Assembly: GCA_016840095.1 (NCBI GenBank)
Contig: JAEOSZ010000109.1
Coordinates: forward strand, 1 to 38,965
Direction: 5' to 3'
From: Candidatus Heimdallarchaeota archaeon
GTDB lineage: Archaea > Asgardarchaeota > Heimdallarchaeia > Heimdallarchaeales > Heimdallarchaeaceae
DNA: 38,965 bases
Part shown: one piece after another, positions 36,969 to 38,965 of the stretch
Layout of the letters: each line of letters opens with the position of its first letter
Position numbering within the stretch: the stretch's first letter is position 1
Position numbers and translations under genes: made by a program
Notes under the pieces: generated by a model
The model's database searches: none
What the model saw: only the letters and a program-made list of their open reading frames with translations
What the model was told of the DNA's origin: nothing

Positions 36969-38965
36969 TTGAATGAAAGAGTAAGGAAACTTAGAGAACA
37001 AAGTCTAACAGCTAAACCATACCTTTCTTTAGAGAGAGCCACTTTATTAACAGATTTTTATGATGGTGGAAAAGCCAAAAATGTATCAATTCCTGTAGCT
37101 AGAGCTCTTGCTTTCAAATACATCCTTGAAAACAAAGAAATTTGCATTAATGAAGGTGAATTAATTGTAGGGGAAAGAGGACCTGAACCTCAAGCAGCAC
37201 CAACATATCCAGAAATCTGTGTTCATACCTTAAAGGATCTAGATGTACTCAATTCTAGAAAGAAAATTTCATTTTCAGTTGATGAAGAAACTAGAAGAAT
37301 TTCAGAGAATAGGTTGATACCTTTCTGGAAAAGAAAATCTATTCGAGAAAAAATATTTGAAAGTATGGAAACCGAATGGATTGAAGCATATGAAGCTGGT
37401 GTCTTTACTGAATTTATGGAACAAAGAGCTCCAGGTCACACTGTTTCCGGAAAACATATTTTTCTGAAGGGTTTTTCTGATTTGAAAAAGGAAGTTGAAG
37501 AGAGCATTAAAAATTTAGATTTTATCAATGATTCTGAAGCTTATTCCAAGAGAGAGGAACTAGAAGCAATGGATATTGCTGCAGATGCAATAATACTGCT
37601 AGCAAAACGTTATTCTGATAAAGCTAAGGAACTTGCACTTCAGGAAAAAGATCCAATTAGAAAGAAAGAATTAGAGAAAATTGCTGAAACTTGTTCTTAT
37701 GTTCCAGAAAATACTCCTAGGACAACCTGGGAAGCTCTACAACACTATTGGTTTATACATCTAGGAGTTATTACTGAATTAAACACCTGGGATTCATTTA
37801 ATCCAGGAAGGTTAGATCAGAATATCTTTCCATATTATGAAAGGGATGTAAATGAAAGAGGTATTTTGGTAGAGGAAATTAAAGAATTATTACAATGTTT
37901 TTGGGTAAAATTCAATAACCAACCTGCCCCTCCAAAGGTTGGAGTAACTGCTGAAGAAAGTAACACATACACAGATTTTTGTTTGATCAACTTAGGAGGA
38001 GTAAAAGAAGATGGCTCTAATGCTGTAAATGATCTTTCTTTTCTGCTTCTTGATATAATAGAGGAAATGAGAATTTTGCAGCCAAGTTCAATGGTTCAAA
38101 TAAGCAAGAAAACGCCTAATGACTTCTTAATGAGAGCAATGAAAGTTATTCGAACAGGATTTGGACAACCTTCAATTTTCAATACAGATGCGATTATTCA
38201 AGAGATGCTAAATCAAGGGAAATCTATAGAAGATGCAAGAAATGGTGGAGCAAGCGGTTGTGTAGAAACTGGTGCTTTTGGTAAAGAAGCATATATTCTC
38301 TCTGGATATTTTAACACAGTAAAAGTATTAGAAATTACACTAAATAATGGAACTGATCCTAGAACAGGTAAATTAATTGGTTTGAAAACAGGAGATGCAA
38401 AAACATTTCAAACTTTTGAGGAATTGTTTGATGCTTTTACTAAGCAATTAAATCATTTTATTGACATCAAAATTAAAGGTAATAACATTATAGAAAGGCT
38501 TTGGGCGGAAAAATTACCTTCTCCTTTCATGTCTTTACTTGTTGATGATTGTATTAAAAAAGGGAAAGATTACAATGATGGAGGAGCAAAATATAATACA
38601 ACCTACATCCAAGGAGTTGGTTTGGGTTCAATAACCGATTCTCTTGTTGCAATAAAATACAATATTTTTGATAGAAAAAATTTCAGTATGAACAATCTTC
38701 TTTCCGCATTAAACTCGAATTTTGAAAATCATATAGCAATTCAACAATTAATTCTAAATGAAACTCCAAAATATGGAAATGATAACGATTATGTAGATGA
38801 AATTACTATTCAAGTTTTCGAAGAGTTTTACAAAGCTATAAATGGAAGACCTAATACAAAAGGAGGTCACCATCGTATCAATTTACTTCCAACTACAGTG
38901 CATGTTTATTTTGGAAGTGTTTTGGGAGCTACTCCAGATGGAAGAAATGCGGAAGAACCTCTTTC
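36969..38965 (+). CDS. hypD: Glycyl radical enzyme, trans-4-hydroxy-L-proline dehydratase-like (3' end outside window)
   Basis: Not in the ORF track. Hand translation of several segments from TTG 36969, all in one frame, gives MNERVRKLREQS..., FTEFMEQRAPGH, ELNTWDSFNPGRLDQ, FNNQPAPPKVG..EESNTYTDF, ASGCVETGAFGKEAYILSGYFN (Cys codon 38259) and LLPTTVHVYFG..GATPDGR. These match my recollection of Clostridioides difficile HypD. Confidence 0.88.
   Translation, partial: MNERVRKLREQSLTAKPYLSLERATLLTDFYDGGKAKNVSIPVARALAFKYILENKEICINEGELIVGERGPEPQAAPTYPEICVHTLKDLDVLNSRKKISFSVDEETRRISENRLIPFWKRKSIREKIFESMETEWIEAYEAGVFTEFMEQRAPGHTVSGKHIFLKGFSDLKKEVEESIKNLDFINDSEAYSKREELEAMDIAADAIILLAKRYSDKAKELALQEKDPIRKKELEKIAETCSYVPENTPRTTWEALQHYWFIHLGVITELNTWDSFNPGRLDQNIFPYYERDVNERGILVEEIKELLQCFWVKFNNQPAPPKVGVTAEESNTYTDFCLINLGGVKEDGSNAVNDLSFLLLDIIEEMRILQPSSMVQISKKTPNDFLMRAMKVIRTGFGQPSIFNTDAIIQEMLNQGKSIEDARNGGASGCVETGAFGKEAYILSGYFNTVKVLEITLNNGTDPRTGKLIGLKTGDAKTFQTFEELFDAFTKQLNHFIDIKIKGNNIIERLWAEKLPSPFMSLLVDDCIKKGKDYNDGGAKYNTTYIQGVGLGSITDSLVAIKYNIFDRKNFSMNNLLSALNSNFENHIAIQQLILNETPKYGNDNDYVDEITIQVFEEFYKAINGRPNTKGGHHRINLLPTTVHVYFGSVLGATPDGRNAEEPL

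Noticed and set aside
1-38965. CRISPR arrays, transposases, integrases, rRNA
   Set aside because: No regularly spaced repeats, mobile-element ORFs or long GC-rich non-coding stretches seen. Intergenic gaps are all under ~280 bp.

Overview
AT-rich, gene-dense archaeal chromosome segment. It is almost certainly from an Asgard archaeon, because it carries a eukaryote-like actin, a longin-like domain protein, an archaeal-type LeuRS and the prefoldin-beta/DHH block. Heimdallarchaeia is a plausible but unproven assignment. About 33 CDS are supported. Housekeeping genes include actin, pfdB, DHH, ECF A/T, tmk, Mrp, leuS and a bacterial-type thrS. Many genes serve peptide and amino-acid catabolism: TldD, TldE, M20, a Ser/Thr dehydratase, a second PLP fold-II enzyme, a DAO-family oxidoreductase and FAH. 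At the right edge, missing from the ORF track, is a glycyl-radical enzyme closely matching trans-4-hydroxy-L-proline dehydratase (HypD), with its activase upstream. Best leads: (1) an unannotated ~67-nt structured RNA candidate with its own TATA promoter upstream of leuS; (2) a 7TM receptor-like protein fused to a longin-like domain; (3) a circularly permuted-looking MscL; (4) an SH3-like plus SprT/Wss1-like basic metalloprotease near MGMT; (5) archaeal HypD; (6) a standalone FakA-type DAK2 domain; (7) an 811-aa surface protein with a Pro-rich cytoplasmic tail; (8) recurrent hairpins that sit over stop codons. No CRISPR array, rRNA, canonical tRNA or mobile element was seen. All family calls are from motif recognition, not database searches.
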